A stretch of 64,000 nt of DNA, taken from assembly GCA_964016885.1 (NCBI GenBank), contig OZ024741.1:196230001-196294000 (forward strand), read 5' to 3'. Both the position numbers and the translations under genes were made by a program. The stretch comes from Eledone cirrhosa. Taxonomy: Eukaryota. Below are positions 12,045-25,741 of the stretch, piece after piece (position 1 is the first letter of the stretch; the number at the start of each line of letters is the position of its first letter). The notes under the pieces were generated by a model that worked only from the letters and a program-made list of their open reading frames with translations, was not told the origin of the DNA and did no database searches.

Positions 12045-14100
12045 ATCAGTTTGTCTTTTGTAATATACATTTCTTTATTTGCCACAAGGGCGCACAAGAA
12101 AAGGGGACAAAACAAAGACACATGCCGGGGATTTTACATACAATCGTGTAAAAATATTGAAACAAACAAATTAAACAATCGAAATCCTCAATAGGGGGGG
12201 GGGGGGGGGCGCCACAAATGGGTTGTTTAATACCCCATCGATAGAACAACCCTCAACTTCAGGAGCGTGTTGTGCAAGTGCACCTTTCTTCCTTTTGCTC
12301 TCTTCTTCAACCTACAGGCTTATAAACAGAGAAGGCCCAATCACTCGGGCCATTTTTGCCACATTCACCCACCTTTCAGTAAATTTACTGGGGTGCAATG
12401 CCTCTCTCTCCACTCTGATTCTCCTTCTAAAATGGTACCTAAAGAAGGGAATGAGTTGTTGTCCGGAGATAAAGGCATCTGTCCTCAGTCCTCTCAATCT
12501 CGTCCACCATATAACCTCTTTCACCATAGCCACTATACAGAGGAAAACTGCCTCTCTTTCCTTTTTGAAAGAGGTTGGCAGTTTGATCCTTACTATGGAC
12601 TCGGCAGTCAACTGGATTTGTCCCATACGCGACAGCAGTTGTTCTGCATAGTTCCACAGGTCGGTTACGCCCAGGCAGTGTACAATTGCGTGCAAGACGT
12701 TTTCAATGTCCTGCTCGCATCTTGGACACATCCTCTTGGAAGGATCCCTGCCGGGGCATCCATGCCTGTAGATCTTGTCTCGAACTAGTAGAGCTCCTCG
12801 GTAGCACTGCCAGGCCAGGGACCTCTGGAAGCTGTTCATAGGTCTCGGACGGAAAGTCCTACCAAACAGACTAGTGAGTTCGTCGTCTTCGACGCCCAGA
12901 GTCTCTCCGAGTACGTCGTCGCCCTTGTGATGTACTAACCCTCTATAGAATGTCGAAGTGGAGTCTCCACTGATTGCTGTGCCCGCTTGACGGTGGATTG
13001 TGAACACCCGAGCGCTTTCAATGTGCCAGGCGCCCCTCTTCTTCGGTCTCCGCTTCACTCAGGACTGCAGCTCAGTCAGTGAGACAAGTTGCGGGAAGGC
13101 CTGTCTCACAAACGGTGCCCACACCGGTTGGGGGTCGGTGAGGAATACCTGGTGATGCCGTAGCCTCAGCGCATCATCAGCCACGGCATTCTCAGCCCTC
13201 TATTGGAAGGATGCTGACAGCAGATGAATCTCCTCACCAGTGGAGCCTGCTTCTTCCAAAGGAACTGGAAGAACATGCGTTCCATCTTGGTGAGGAGTTC
13301 AAGCGGTAGTAGATGAAGGACGCTATGAAAGTGCTTGTCACCTCCGCTCAACCTTTCAAGGATAGTTTGCACTCTGCCCACTTCTGGGTGAGCGCAAATA
13401 CCTTGGCCGTGACCTCATTCCAGTTTTTCTCCACCTGGAAGTCCAGACCGAACCAGATCCCAAGCAATTTCACCGGTCTGTCCGTCCAGTGTCCGACGAC
13501 ATTGTCGGACGGCATCAGTTTGACTCTCCACGTTTCGAGTTGCAAACCGACAGACTTGTCCGGGTTCAGTTTTGCTCCTGTGAGCCTTTCGTATTACTGC
13601 AGTTGCCGATCGCCCCGATTTCCGAGGTTTCCGACACCATTACTATCACGTTGTCGGCATAAGCTGACACCGCTATCTGCAGTCCCGGTTCCAATGGGAT
13701 GCCCTGCAGCAGCTCCAATGTCTGCAGTAGTGGCTCTAGAGTCAGTATGTACAGAATGAAGGAGAGAGGGCATCCCTGTCGGATGGAACGCTGATTACGA
13801 ATGGCTCCAATAGGTAGCCGTTCACCTTGACCATCAAGCAGATGTTGGTGTGCATTGTGGTGATCCAGCCCCTGAAGACGGGTCCGAAACCGGCCACCTT
13901 GAGAACTGCTTCCAAGTATTGATGATCAACCCTATCGAATGCCTTAGACTGATCTAAATTGATCAGAGCCCCACCGAAGCCGAGTTTACACCCCACCTTA
14001 TCTATGATGTATCGCATAAGGTGGAGGTTGCCGTGTATGGACCTGGTCGTGATTGCACACGTTTGCGCTTTCCCAACCAGGTTTTCGACGACGATAAGCA
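12045..14100 (-). mobile_element. 5'-truncated Tx1/L1-clade LINE (RT and C-terminal zinc knuckle)
   Basis: LINLDQSKAFDRVDH, YADN, VKLLGIWF, FFQFLWK, CPRCEQDIENVLHAIVHC; frameshifted. Confidence 0.85.
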
Positions 14101-16422
14101 GTAGGAAATGAGTTTGCTCTTTGGTAGTTCCAGTAACAGTTATGAAGATAGTTGTTCTAAAGTCTGTGTTAAAGTATTAGATTATAGTTTTTGTGTAATT
14201 ATTTAGTCATTATTTATAATTACCTTATTGTTGAATAATTTTCTCCACTATTGAGGACTAATAAGATCATATCCAGAGTCGTCACCATTGCTACTACTAA
14301 TGAGACACTCCCTGCTACGCCACATTAACAATTGTTTCTAACACTAGTGTAGTCCATCCTGTAAGGTGGTAGTGCTGGTGCCCCAACAAAAAGGACCCAG
14401 TTCACCCTGTATGGAGGTATTGTTGGAGTCACAATAAAATGCTACACTCTGTAAAGTGGTTGGCATTAGGAAGGGTATCTAGGCATAGAAACCAAGCCAA
14501 AACAAAGTGTATGAGCAGAACTTAGTTACATGAGCTGTCTGGCCTCAGCATGCAACAGCTGTCTAACCCATGCAACTATTGAAAATAGACATTTGACAAC
14601 AACAACAACAACAATGACTTATTAATAGCATAATTAAAAATTCCTTTTTGTTCACTGCATTCATCATGTCACCTTGCAATTAACTATATTGTCTTCATTT
14701 AGCATATTGCTGAATTTTCTCCAGTTGTATTTCCAAATAGCCACTACAAATAACAATATGGACTATAAAAATTGAAGAGGAATTGCATATGAACAGTGTA
14801 AGAATTAAAACATAATTTTGGCATGGAGGACAGAGATCAGTATATATGCTTCATTTAGACAGAAGGAGGTGAAGAAGTATTGGCAACTACTAATTATATT
14901 CCAAACCTGCATCTTTAGAGTATGTTCTGAATGCATGCAAGTTCTCTCTTGTAGAGTAGAGCTGGCCTCATAATCAAGTTCTTAAGATTCTAGCAGATAC
15001 ATTAAGCAAGCTATGTGTCACTGAAGAACACACAAACAGAGTGTATAAAGTTGGATTCTATAAGTGATGTGATAAAAGTAGCCCAAACATAAGAACAGGA
15101 AAAATGACTAGAAAGTGCAACAAGACTTGAAGATTAACCCTTTTGTTACCATCTTTCTAATGGAAGACATTGCTTATGATTTTCAAATAATTTTGAAAAT
15201 AATAATTTGGAGTGTATTATAAGTAACTTTCTCATTATTAAGCTGGGATTTGGAACATTACATAACAAAAGATTCTGACATAGAATTATGATGGAGTATT
15301 TAAATTTAAATATGGACACTTTAAAACATCAGAGGCAGTTTCAGACAAGCAAGTGTCAACATTTTTAAGAAAACATTTGAAGCATGAAAGAATACATTAT
15401 TCCTGAGTAGTATATGCTAGATTTGTATTGTCCTCTTTCGTAGGTAATAATTTAGCAAACTTCATGGAGAAGTAGAAAAACACTGCCTTGTGCATTTGGC
15501 AAAGTACACAGAAGGCCTAAGCTGAGAAAAAATGGAAACCATCCATAACTAATTGTAAATTAAAAAATCTTTCCTGCAACTGTGATGAATGTAACTAAAT
15601 TTTGGTTGGTGTGTCTTCATAGGGTAGAGGTATTCAAATAGTTTTGTTGTAGGACTTAATATCCAAGCTATCTCAAGTATTTTAATCCTATTCTGTAGTT
15701 GAAGTTACCTACTGTTTTAATGTTGATGCAGTTAAAAATTACAAGATGAGGATCTCTAAGAAGAACTGAAGTGTACTTTGTAATTCAAATATCCTAAATA
15801 TATTTTTATTTTATCTTGATCATACCATAGCAACCATCGTACCTGTAAGAGAATATAACTGAAATTAGTTTCCTGAAACAGGAAGAAATTTCAATGTATG
15901 TAAACTTGAAATGAGCACCATATCATAAACAAAATGCTGAAAAATGTTTTTTATTTAAAGGGTGGATGAAGTGTTGGAGAGTGCAAGGCACAATTCTTTG
16001 CCATTCTACAACCAAATCTTTTAGACAGAAAAAAATGTTAAACCTATTTGTCTTAGTAGTTTTTTTCTTCTATTTTATTCAGAGAAATTAATTTGTAATT
16101 TGCTTGAGTTAGTAATAAGACTAGTACCAAGAATTTGGTTTTGAATGTTTATAGTATTGGTAGTAAAAAAAAAAGAACCACTGAAGAATGAAAAGAATTA
16201 TACCTAGTACATATAGGAAAAAATCCTGATCTGGTGGATGTAGCAACAGTACAGAAAATAAAGAAACAGAATGATTTAGAAAAAAAAATAAAATAAAATA
16301 AACAGTGATGTATCTTTCTGCTTCTCCAGCTATTGGTGATTCAGATTCATTTTTTTTTTTTTTTTAGGGGGTGAGAGTTTGTTTTATAGCAGATAAATTA
16401 GAATTTAAATGGAAAAATTGTC

Positions 16423-16617
16423 TCAATATAAAATGTCATAATGGCCAGGCCTATATAGAAGTGTAATTGTAGGTTTGGAACTTTCAGGAAAATCATGATG
16501 ATTGACAGAGCCACCTTCACCACGGTCCATATATTCCACTCGAACAGGAATACCAACAGCGGAAGTCAGTGCTGTTATGTGGATATGGTCACTTTCCTTT
16601 CCCATTGGTTCAACTTC
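16423..16617 (-). CDS. OTUB1: Otubain (OTU-family ubiquitin thioesterase), terminal exon
   Basis: cag acceptor at 16618-16620; EVEPMGKESDHIHITAL..VEYMDRG..LLYRPGHYDILY* with catalytic His/Asp motif GHYD. Confidence 0.93.
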   Translation of the reverse strand, partial: EVEPMGKESDHIHITALTSAVGIPVRVEYMDRGEGGSVNHHDFPESSKPTITLLYRPGHYDILY

Positions 16618-17679
16618 CTGAAAATAACCAAATAGTATAGAATAGATACAAAAAAAAACACGCAAAAAAACAATCATCATTATCATCTCCATCCTTGTTT
16701 TACATCCACTTTTCCATGCTGGCATAAGTCAGACAGGATGTTTTGAATCAATGTTTTACAGGTAATGAATTTCTCAAACAGAACATTTTGAAATTATTAC
16801 AATTAAATGCCTTTTGGCTAATAGAGACTAAGGTAAAATTAATCTGAAATGTTTATTGTCTAATATTCAATTATTAGCCCATGCATAATATACTTGTATT
16901 TTGTTGTTTCAAACAAAAATTAGAATACAACCGTGAATACAAGTGGCCAAAATGAGATTCCTTTGAAGGGTCTTTGGAGTAACATTACTTGATAGAGTGT
17001 GTGGCTCTGAGATCGGAGAGTCACTCCAGGTAAAGCCACTACTTCTCTGAATTGAGAGATCAGAGCTCTGATACTATGGGCATGAGATTAGAATGTCTCA
17101 GGAAAGAATTGCTGGACAAATTTTATGGGCAAAACCAACTAGCTGGAGACCCAGGGGTAGACCCCAAGCAAGATGGTTGAATAAGATGGCTGGTTTCACT
17201 TGAGGGGACTTGACCCCCACGGCCCTCTCAGAAATAAGTGGAAGAACAAGAAGAAAAGGAAAAAGGAGGAGGAGGAATTGATGCCATTGCAGCAATACTG
17301 TATATATAGATGATACTGTAGTTTTCAGCAGCAGCAGAATTTTACTTTTCCATATTGGTAAGGGTTGGAAAGATCATTAAAGACTAAGTCAGCATTTAAT
17401 CAGAGCTAGTGTCTTCATGGGCAATTTTACTTTGAACTATTTTCTAAATGAAAATTAATAAGTAAATGTTATCTACACTCAAGTTTAGTAATAATTCATC
17501 TGTCTGATATTTGTCCCATATATTGAAATACTTTTCTAAGTTGGGGGTAAATTTACTTAACTCTTGGGTTCCTAGTCTTTTCAGTTAGATTCACACTGTT
17601 AGCATATGTCATACTGTAGTTTACACCGTTGTTAACTTGTATTCTAAACTCAACACCATTTATAAGCTAAGTTACCATA

Positions 17680-17840
17680 CCTTATTCTAATAGAATGTTT
17701 AATAAAATAAAATAAACTTTTAGTGCCTGTTATCCACAGAAAATATACTCAAAATGTATACCTCATTCTATTAGAATATTTAATAAGATAAAATAAAAAT
17801 AATTTTTAGTGCCTGTTAACCATAGAAAATATACACAAAA
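17680..17840. repeat. Intronic ~82-bp tandem duplication
   Basis: attcta.tagaat.tttaataa.ataaaataaa..ttttagtgcctgtta.cca.agaaaatatac twice. Confidence 0.7.
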
Positions 17841-17865
17841 TTTATAACTGTTGTAATCAACCAAC

Positions 17866-17956
17866 CTGTCCACAAAATTCTTTTACTGTTCTGTGACCTT
17901 CAACGAAATTACTAAAAAAATCTTCATTTCTTTGTAAGTAACCAGATGCTAACAAC
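17866..17956 (-). CDS. OTUB1: Otubain, internal exon
   Basis: ag/gt bounded, 91 nt, phase-compatible; (R)LLASGYLQRNEDFFSNFVEGHRTVKEFCGQ resembles OTUB1 LLTSGYLQRE..FF..FIEG.RTVKEFCQQ. Confidence 0.9.
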
Positions 17957-19352
17957 CTACAAGAAAATAGAGAAAAAAGATACAACATCGAAAGAAAATT
18001 AATGCAGCCTGGCCACTAGCATCAGGCTAAAGCTAAACAGCAAGCTGACACTTCCAGTCTCTCTCTCTCTCCAACACACAAATGCATACTGGCAAATATA
18101 TGCTGTTAAAAAGTGAAATGCATATTCAAAAACAAAGATTCTGACCTATACTTATCTAAATGTAATATACAGTTAATTCTACTATTGTGCCAACTTCTTT
18201 CCCTTCATTGCACCTTTTCTGTAACAATTGAGTATTACAATCAATTTAGTTCATCAGCCAAAATAAACGTTATAAAAAATATTGTCACAATTCTGGTAAA
18301 TACTTTTTTTGAAGTTGCTATTGTATTTATGGAAAATAAAACTTCTATATTCTTCAATTATGTATCAATTTGTACAGCTTCTACAAATTGATACATAAAA
18401 CATATCATTTTACTGTAAACAGCTTTAATTTAATAAAAATATTAGTACTAGACAAGAGACGAGACACTGAGATCTTTTTTCATTTAGTGTGATGGAGCAA
18501 GTAAGCCTAATTGAACCTACTACCTCCTCCATAAAACCCCTAACCATATGGTGTTCACAATTTCATTAAAACAAATATTTAACATCATACATTTTTTATA
18601 GTTTACTTTCAAATAAAAAAAACAGTAATGCCTATTGATATTGTAATTAATTTTGCTTCTCTTTCCCTTGTTCTCTTCCCTTTTACCTCTCCTCAAGTAA
18701 TCTTGCCTAAGATTAAATTCAGTGAAATCTAGGAAGGTGATATATTATGATTCTAGAAAATACAATTAGAATTTTATCTTGAGTAACTGTTAGATCATAT
18801 CAAAATGCATTCTTTATAAAAAAAAAAAAAAACAAAAAAAAAATGATTATTGTAGAATGTACAATAAAATAGTTATTAAATTCATATCATTAATCCATTT
18901 ATTTTCTTTAGTTTAATTTTGTAATAATGCAAATTATACTTGACCAAAACATCTTCATAACTCTTTTTACTTGAGTTTACAATGCTATGCTGGACTGAAA
19001 CATGTCTATTGTCACCTTACCAGCTAACAAAGATCAGATTTTCCTCTTACACATCAACAACTGATTCTTTTATAGTTACTAACAGGCTTTTGTATTTTTT
19101 CTATAACTATGAAGCTAATTTTAATTTGATGTAAATGTTTTGCATACATCTTTCAGCACATCCTAAATTATGTAAATTGATGTCATTGGCCTGTTTTAGT
19201 TATTTCCCTAGTTCATCTTTTTGTAATTATTGATTATATTACTTTTAAAGTAATGATTTTTTTTAAATATATCATTAGTTAAGAGGCAATAATTAATAAA
19301 CCAAAAATCATTCATTAATGGAAAATAATTTAAAAAAAAAAAAATCATTTAC

Positions 19353-19456
19353 CTCCAATATACAACAAGGTAGTCTGATACTCCTTGATCATTAAAAATA
19401 TCAAAGAGTTCTTTGTGTGTGCAGAAACTTTCCACTCGGGATATCACATTCATAAA
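19353..19456 (-). CDS. OTUB1: Otubain, internal exon
   Basis: cag/gt bounded, 104 nt; FMNVISRVESFCTHKELFDIFNDQGVSDYLVVYW(R) resembles FNDQ..SDYLVVYLR. Confidence 0.9.
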
Positions 19457-20168
19457 CTGAACAAGTACAAAAATAATTATTTTTCCTCTTGAAAAATATA
19501 TCACATGGATTTTAAAATAAATTTTTAAAAAAATCAAAAATTAGCATTAAATAATTTGCTAATAACATATCATTGTCCAAAATAATTTTCTTAGCAAGTT
19601 AAGCTTTCACTGGTGAAATTTGATAAATTAATCACAAGATAATTAATCACCATCAAATAGTGTCATGATTATGTTAATAAACAAGTTTATACAAAAGTCA
19701 TTTAGCTCCCTTAATTGCAAAAAGAATTTGAAGGATTTAACAATATAACTAACTTCTCATTCATAACAAATGCTCTTACATAAAATTATGATGAAAGGTT
19801 TTTAGATAGCAGGGAAAACAGGTGTTAAATGTTGATTATGATGATAAGAATTTGTATTGTAGAACCAGGGGTGAATTCAGGTAGTTTAGTATTGAAAGAG
19901 TTTTAAAGGTTAAATTACATTCTGTTACAATAAGTACTGTGGCAGGTTCCAATGCCAACTCTCTGAAATAAAACACTCAATAGATTTAATATAAAAGGTA
20001 CTAAAATTAAAGGCATTCAGTGGCTAAAAGGCAGGATTATACATACTGTATAAAAAACTGTTTAGTCATTTACCATCTTGAGTATCAATATCCAAATTAA
20101 CTGACAGATAGATAATAAAGTAGACTATATCCAGTATGCTTAATTGGTTACTAGAAATAACTAATAAC

Positions 20169-20348
20169 TGTTTCTACTTTAGGCACAAGGCCAGCAATTA
20201 CCCAGTTCATTACTGGTACTTTATTTTATCGACCCCGTAAGGATGAAAGGCAAAGTCAACCTCGGCGGGATTTGAACTCAGATCGTAAAGGGACGTAACT
20301 ATGCTGGAAAGCATGGCGTCCGACCCTCTACCGATACTGCCAATCCAT
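20169..20348 (-). mobile_element. Nin-type SINE
   Basis: Near-identical to 11558-11735. Confidence 0.8.
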
Positions 20349-20476
20349 AGAAATAACTAATAACAAGAGTAAGTTAAAACTAGAGATGTCAACATGAATG
20401 GACCTGTTATTTTTATCTGACATTTTTTCCTATTCCAACCCGCCCGTCTCCGCAATCTATCTTATTTTTCATTCTT

Positions 20477-20512
20477 TCTTCTGATGAAGGACTAGCGCCC
20501 GAAACATTAAGA
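20477..20512 (+). ncRNA. Minimal, degenerate type I hammerhead ribozyme (Penelope-type pLTR)
   Basis: tctt-CTGATGA-aggactagcgccc-GAAA-catt-aaga; stem I tctt/aaga; stems II and III imperfect. Confidence 0.5.
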
Positions 20513-20609
20513 CCCTCTTCCTACTATATCAAGCGTTAACCTAATATATCCCTTCCATATACTGTACCGATTGTGTTGTTATTTCTGTTTACCTTTTACA
20601 TATTTATAT

Positions 20610-21387
20610 ATAGTGAAAGAGTGAAAAATAACATGGTCGGCTGTACAAAAAGGGTTTTATTTACAGTATTAATTGTTTCATTGATCAGGTGAGTCTAAAG
20701 GCCGCTAATCACTAGAAATTGCGTCACTCAACCTTAAATACAGTGTGTCTCTGATCAAATCATCGGAATACTGAAGGATGTAACACAGGGCACTGGTATT
20801 TATAGATACATCAGAGAATCAAGTAAATGAAAACAATAACACCAATAATAAAATGATAGAAAAATATTTAAAAAATAAAAAATAATAAACAGACAAAAAA
20901 TACAGTTACTGATAATAGTAGTAGTGGTGGTGGTAGATGAAGTTATAATGGATGTGTAAAATAGTGATGGATAACAATAACATGAAAAGAAATACAATAT
21001 ATGATAGGTAAAATTTTGGTGAGTGGACGACGTGTATTGAGTTTATGAATTGGCGAAATAAAAATGCAAAAATGTAGAAAAAATGGTAAAGGATTAAAAT
21101 AAAAAGTAAGAGAAAAAGAAATAAAGAATATTTTTTATCATTTCATTATTTTTTATTATTGGTGTTATTGTTTTCATTTACTTGATTCTCCAATGTATCT
21201 ATAAATACCATTGCCCTGTGTTACATCCTTCAGTATTCTGATGACTTGATCAGAGACACTGTATTTAAGGTCAAAAGACACAATTTCTAGTGATTTTAGA
21301 CTCACCTGATCAATGAAACAATTGTTAATACTGTAAATAAAACCCTTTCTGTACATCCAACCATGTTATTCTTTACTCTTTCACTAT
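20610..21387. repeat. ~250-bp inverted repeat pair, each arm holding a hammerhead motif (Penelope-like pLTRs)
   Basis: 20610-~20860 is the diverged reverse complement of ~21135-21387. Confidence 0.85.
21231..21333 (+). ncRNA. Type I hammerhead ribozyme
   Basis: Stem I cagtatt/aatactg; CTGATGA 21238-21244; stem II ttgatcag/ctgatcaa with long loop; GAAA 21315-21318; palindromic stem III acaattgt; predicted cleavage after 21326. Confidence 0.8.
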
Positions 21388-21545
21388 TATTACTCCAAGT
21401 ATCACCTGCATGGGAATTCTCGTAAACTCGCCACCTAACTAAGGAAACTTCTTGTTGAGTCAAACAACGCCGTACGTTAAAACTATCCACAGTACAGAGT
21501 ACTCACAACCTCTAACTGGATTACCTTAAACGATACCTTGTTATC

Positions 21546-21579
<34 letters not shown>

Positions 21580-21789
21580 TTTTTAACTCAATATATACTT
21601 TTGATAAATTGAGCTCCTGTGCTTTTGTTGAGCTTTTAATATGTTGAATGGACATGGCAGCTATTTTTTAAAAGCTTACGCTCTATTCGACTTAATAGGC
21701 ACACGATACTATGTGCGATTTCTCTCTCTTAACAAACGTGTATTATTTAGTCTTCTAAGGAAATTAGTCGTGAAGTGATTACTGATCCG

Positions 21790-21869
21790 AACATCCACTG
21801 ATGAGCATTGGATCTTTAACTCTCTCCACTGATTTGCGAAACAGTTCTACCCAAAGCTGTCTGGATGTT
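21790..21869 (+). ncRNA. Type I hammerhead ribozyme, canonical core
   Basis: Stem I aacatcca/tggatgtt; CTGATGA 21798-21804; stem II gca/tgc; GAAA 21838-21841; stem III acagtt/agctgt; GUC site, cleavage after 21861. Confidence 0.88.
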
Positions 21870-22020
21870 GATAGTTATCATAATCGGTTTGTAAATCTTA
21901 ATTTATCCTTCTAATTGAATCTTTTAATTTAGTCAGTATTCGCTTCACCCCGGCAGTTTTTGTCCCTTGTGATTTGAACGCATATATGTGTATATCTGTG
22001 TTCGTCTCTCTTTATAGTAT

Positions 22021-22053
<33 letters not shown>

Positions 22054-22129
22054 ATATAATATATATCATCATCATCTTCGTTTAACGTCCATCTTCCACG
22101 CTAGCATGGGTTATATATATATATATATA

Positions 22130-23108
22130 TATTTATTTATTTATTTATTTGCATTCCAGCCAAGGGGCTGAGGCCATGCTGGGGCACTGCCACCCTTCCC
22201 TAGTTGGCCACTGATGCAAAAGTGAGTTTGTTGCTGCTGCTCTTATTTGTGCTTCACCTCATGCTGTGGGTTCATCTGGAATCTTGGTTCATTGAGTGTT
22301 GAGGTGTCTCTTGTAAACATCTCCATGCACACCATGTAGATCTCTTAGATTTTTAAGCAGATTATTAAAAAGCTGGGGTCCCTTGAACCCAAGGCTATTA
22401 CAGTATGTGATCCTTATTCTTAGTGCGACGAATGAGACTCTTGGCACCACATCATGATGTCCTGTTCGCAGGCTGGTCCTGCCTTCAATGCCAAAGCTTG
22501 GGGCTAACACTTAGGATTTTCCATAGGTATATCACTGCGTATCTCTTCCGTCTCCGCTCCAAGGAGTAAAGCTTTAATTTCTTCAGCCTCTCCCAGTAGC
22601 TCATCTCTTTCACCGAGGCAATCCTCTTGGTTTAGCTTCGTTGGATTGCTTCAAGTTCTGCAGTTAGTTTAACACTGTGGGACAATAGCTTAGAGTAATA
22701 ATCCAGTCGGCTGAGGACCAAAGTCCTCCAGAGGACCAACATGGTTTCCGAGTCTCTTGTTCTGAATGTCCACAGAATCCAACCCATTTTGGTGATGTGT
22801 GCATGAAATAATGCATCATTGCTTATCTCAATACCCAGGTCCCATATTGATTTTGACTCTGGGGATTTCGATTCCTCCTGATCCAGTGTACCTTTGTTGT
22901 GGTGCTATGTTTGTGGGTTGATAGCGGAGGGCTTGAAACTTACCTAAATTAAATTGACTATTGTTGTTTTCAGCCCATCCATATATGGCATCTAAATCTT
23001 GTTGTAAGAGAGTAGCATCAGCCGATTTCTTGATTGCCTTTGCCTGTGCTACTTTTGTGTAATCAGCATAGCTTGTGAGGGAGGCTGTCCGTATTACAGA
23101 GGGCATGT
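22130..23108 (-). mobile_element. 5'-truncated CR1-like LINE
   Basis: SYADYTK, LQQDLDAIYGWAENNNSQFNLGKFQALRY, YSLERRRKRY, GPQLFNNL; (aaat)n tail. Confidence 0.8.
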
Positions 23109-23119
23109 CTCTCTATATC

Positions 23120-24480
23120 GTTTTACGTCCATTTTTCCACACTGGCATGGGCTAGCCGAGTTGTCCTGTTGTGGGCAATGTTAGGTCAGGTGACCATGTC
23201 TTGTTCATACAGAAATGATTTTGGCTTGGTTTCTACAGCCTTCCTAATGCCAAACTCATTTACAGTGAGTACCTACACGACCACTTTACAGTGTGGGCTG
23301 GGTGCTTTTTACCATGTCACCATCACAACCACTTTACAGTGTTTTGGCCTGTCCTCATGAGAGATGTATAGGAGTGTTGGGTGGGGTTAGGTGATGTGGT
23401 GCATACTGTTTATATGGTTCAGCTTCGGCTTGTACCCTTGGGAAGTCAAATCTTCTGTATTACTGCATAACACCAGGGATCTCAGTTCTGTGTCATCGCC
23501 TTTGAGCGGAGCAATTGGGCAAGATCGACTTTTATCACCTCGTCCCAAGTCTTCCTGAGTCTCCCCACTCCAAGGCTTCCATCAACTGATCTCGCTGCAC
23601 CTTTTAATGTAGCTGTCATCCTCCATACACATCACATGTCCATACCAACGTAATCTCCTTTCCTGCACACAGCATTTGATTCCTCTTCATGCCTAGTTTC
23701 TCTCTCAGTTCGTTTATGCTTTGCTATTCACATATATTACTATTACACATCCATCAGAACATGCAAGCTTCATTTCTTTCCAATCTACGCAAGTCTTCTG
23801 CACACAGTGCCCAGATCTCACAGCCATGCAACATTGCTGTTCATATGCACGCATCATACAGTCTGCCTTTCATTTTGAGGGAAAAGCCTTTTGTAGCCAG
23901 CAGTGGTAGTAGCTCCCTTAACTTATTCCATCCCATTCTTACTCTGGCTACTGTACTTTCAGAACACCCACCTCCGCTGCTAATTCGGTTACCCGAGTAG
24001 CAGAAGCTATCTACTGTTTCTGCCGAGCCTTCCTAGAATTTGATAGCACTTATTTCCTGTGGTTGTTTGCTGCTTACTGTCTCACTACATTCTTAGCTAA
24101 ACTTCCTGAGATCCCACTACATCTCCTGTGTACCCACAGTTTGCATTTGGGGCAGAGAATGGAATTTCTACCTACACCTTTCCTACAAACTGAACAAGGC
24201 CATTTCCCTGAAGGGATCTGGGCTCTGCTTTCTCTTCTACTTATGAGGACCTTAGTCTTTGTCAGGTTGACTTTGAGACCCCTTCTTTCTAGCCCCTGCT
24301 TCATGTTTGGAATTTCTTCTCTAGTTCCACCATAGATTCAGCTATAAGTGTAAGATCATCTGCATACAGAAGTTCCCATGAGCATCTGGTCTTAAACTCT
24401 TCTGTTATAGCCTGCAATACTATAATAAACAGGAGAGGGCTAAGAACAAAGCTCTGGTGGACACCAAACTGTATGCTAAC
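23120..24480 (-). mobile_element. RTE LINE 3' portion, decayed
   Basis: WELLYADDL, GLKVNLTKTKVL, CSVCRKGVGRNSILC; family 3' tail. Confidence 0.85.
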
Positions 24481-24967
24481 CCCATAAAATCAAAGGTGAA
24501 TTTGATAACCTCCAAGGAGAAATTTATAGAGACGATGCCCTTCTACTAGTCAAAAACACAAATAACCAAAATCTAGAAAGATTATGGAAGGAGATTAGAG
24601 TTTTCTTTGGTAGATTAGGCCTAGAAATAACATTCTAGCATAACTTCAAAAAGGCTAACTTCTTGGATGTGATGCTGAATCTAAACACAGGATTAATAGA
24701 AACCTTCCATAAGAATAATGAGAACCTAACATACATTAGCCATCAATCCAACCACCCACATTCCATAATCAAATCAATAATGCGCAATGTATCTTTTAGA
24801 ATATCCCACCTATCATCATCCCTAGAAATATTTAATGAGCGTACTGATTACTACAATAGTGCATTACGAAAATTGGAGTATATAAGCGAAAGCAAGATGA
24901 TGAGACACACACCACACTGCAAAACCGGACCCAATAATATCTTGGGTAGGAGAGCAAAAGTTGTCTG

Positions 24968-25741
24968 ACCTGGACTTGCAGAGAGCACAGCTGACCTGCA
25001 AATCATTGTGAACAATATCAATGTCGAAGCAGGAAGCTTAGGTCTCAATATCAGTGCCAAGAAGACCAAAAGCATGTTATCTGGGACACACCCATCACCA
25101 ACTAGTGTTTTCATTGAACAGGGGGAGGTGGAGATAGTGGAAAACTTCACCTACCTAGGAAGCTCCATTGACAATGGGGGCGCCATGGACAGTGAATTGC
25201 AATGTAGAATGGGAAAGGCTTCAGCAGCATTTAACCAGCTTGTCAAGATCTGGAAGAGCAGGAAGTTCACCCTCAAAACAAAGATGAGATTCTACAACAG
25301 CAACGTGCTGTCCACACTCTTGTACGGAAGTGAATGGCACCTTAAGACCAACCAAGAGAAGAAGTTGGACGCATTCGATTCCAGGTGTCTGCGAAAGATC
25401 CTGGGGATTAAATGGAGTGACCATGTAACAAACCAGGAAGTCAGGAACCGCACCAACCAGCAGCTAGTCTCTTCTGCCATCTGCAAGCGACGCCTGGGCT
25501 GGTTTGGGCACGCTTTGATACTTCCCCCGGAGAGACTGGCGAACCAAGTACTTAAATGGAACCCACAGGGAAGCAGACGGAGAGGGCAACCCAAAATGAA
25601 CTGGCGCCAGACAGTTGAGAGGGACCTGCGAGCGACAAACAGATAATGGCGGGACGCTGTGCAACTGGCTGCTGACCAAACGCGGTGGAACACTATGATT
25701 GCTTCATGCATCGCAAGACGCGGGAGCGTCTGAGTCTGAGT
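24968..25741 (+). mobile_element. 5'-truncated RTE-clade LINE (second family)
   Basis: GLNISAKKTK, VENFTYLGS, RMGKASAAF..L.KIW, LSTLLYGSE, RRLGWFGH, RRRGQPK; (ctgagt)n tail. Confidence 0.85.

Noticed and set aside
16618-16725. N-terminal part of ORF 16423-16725
   Set aside because: Intronic: upstream of the cag acceptor and derived from an RTE tail fragment
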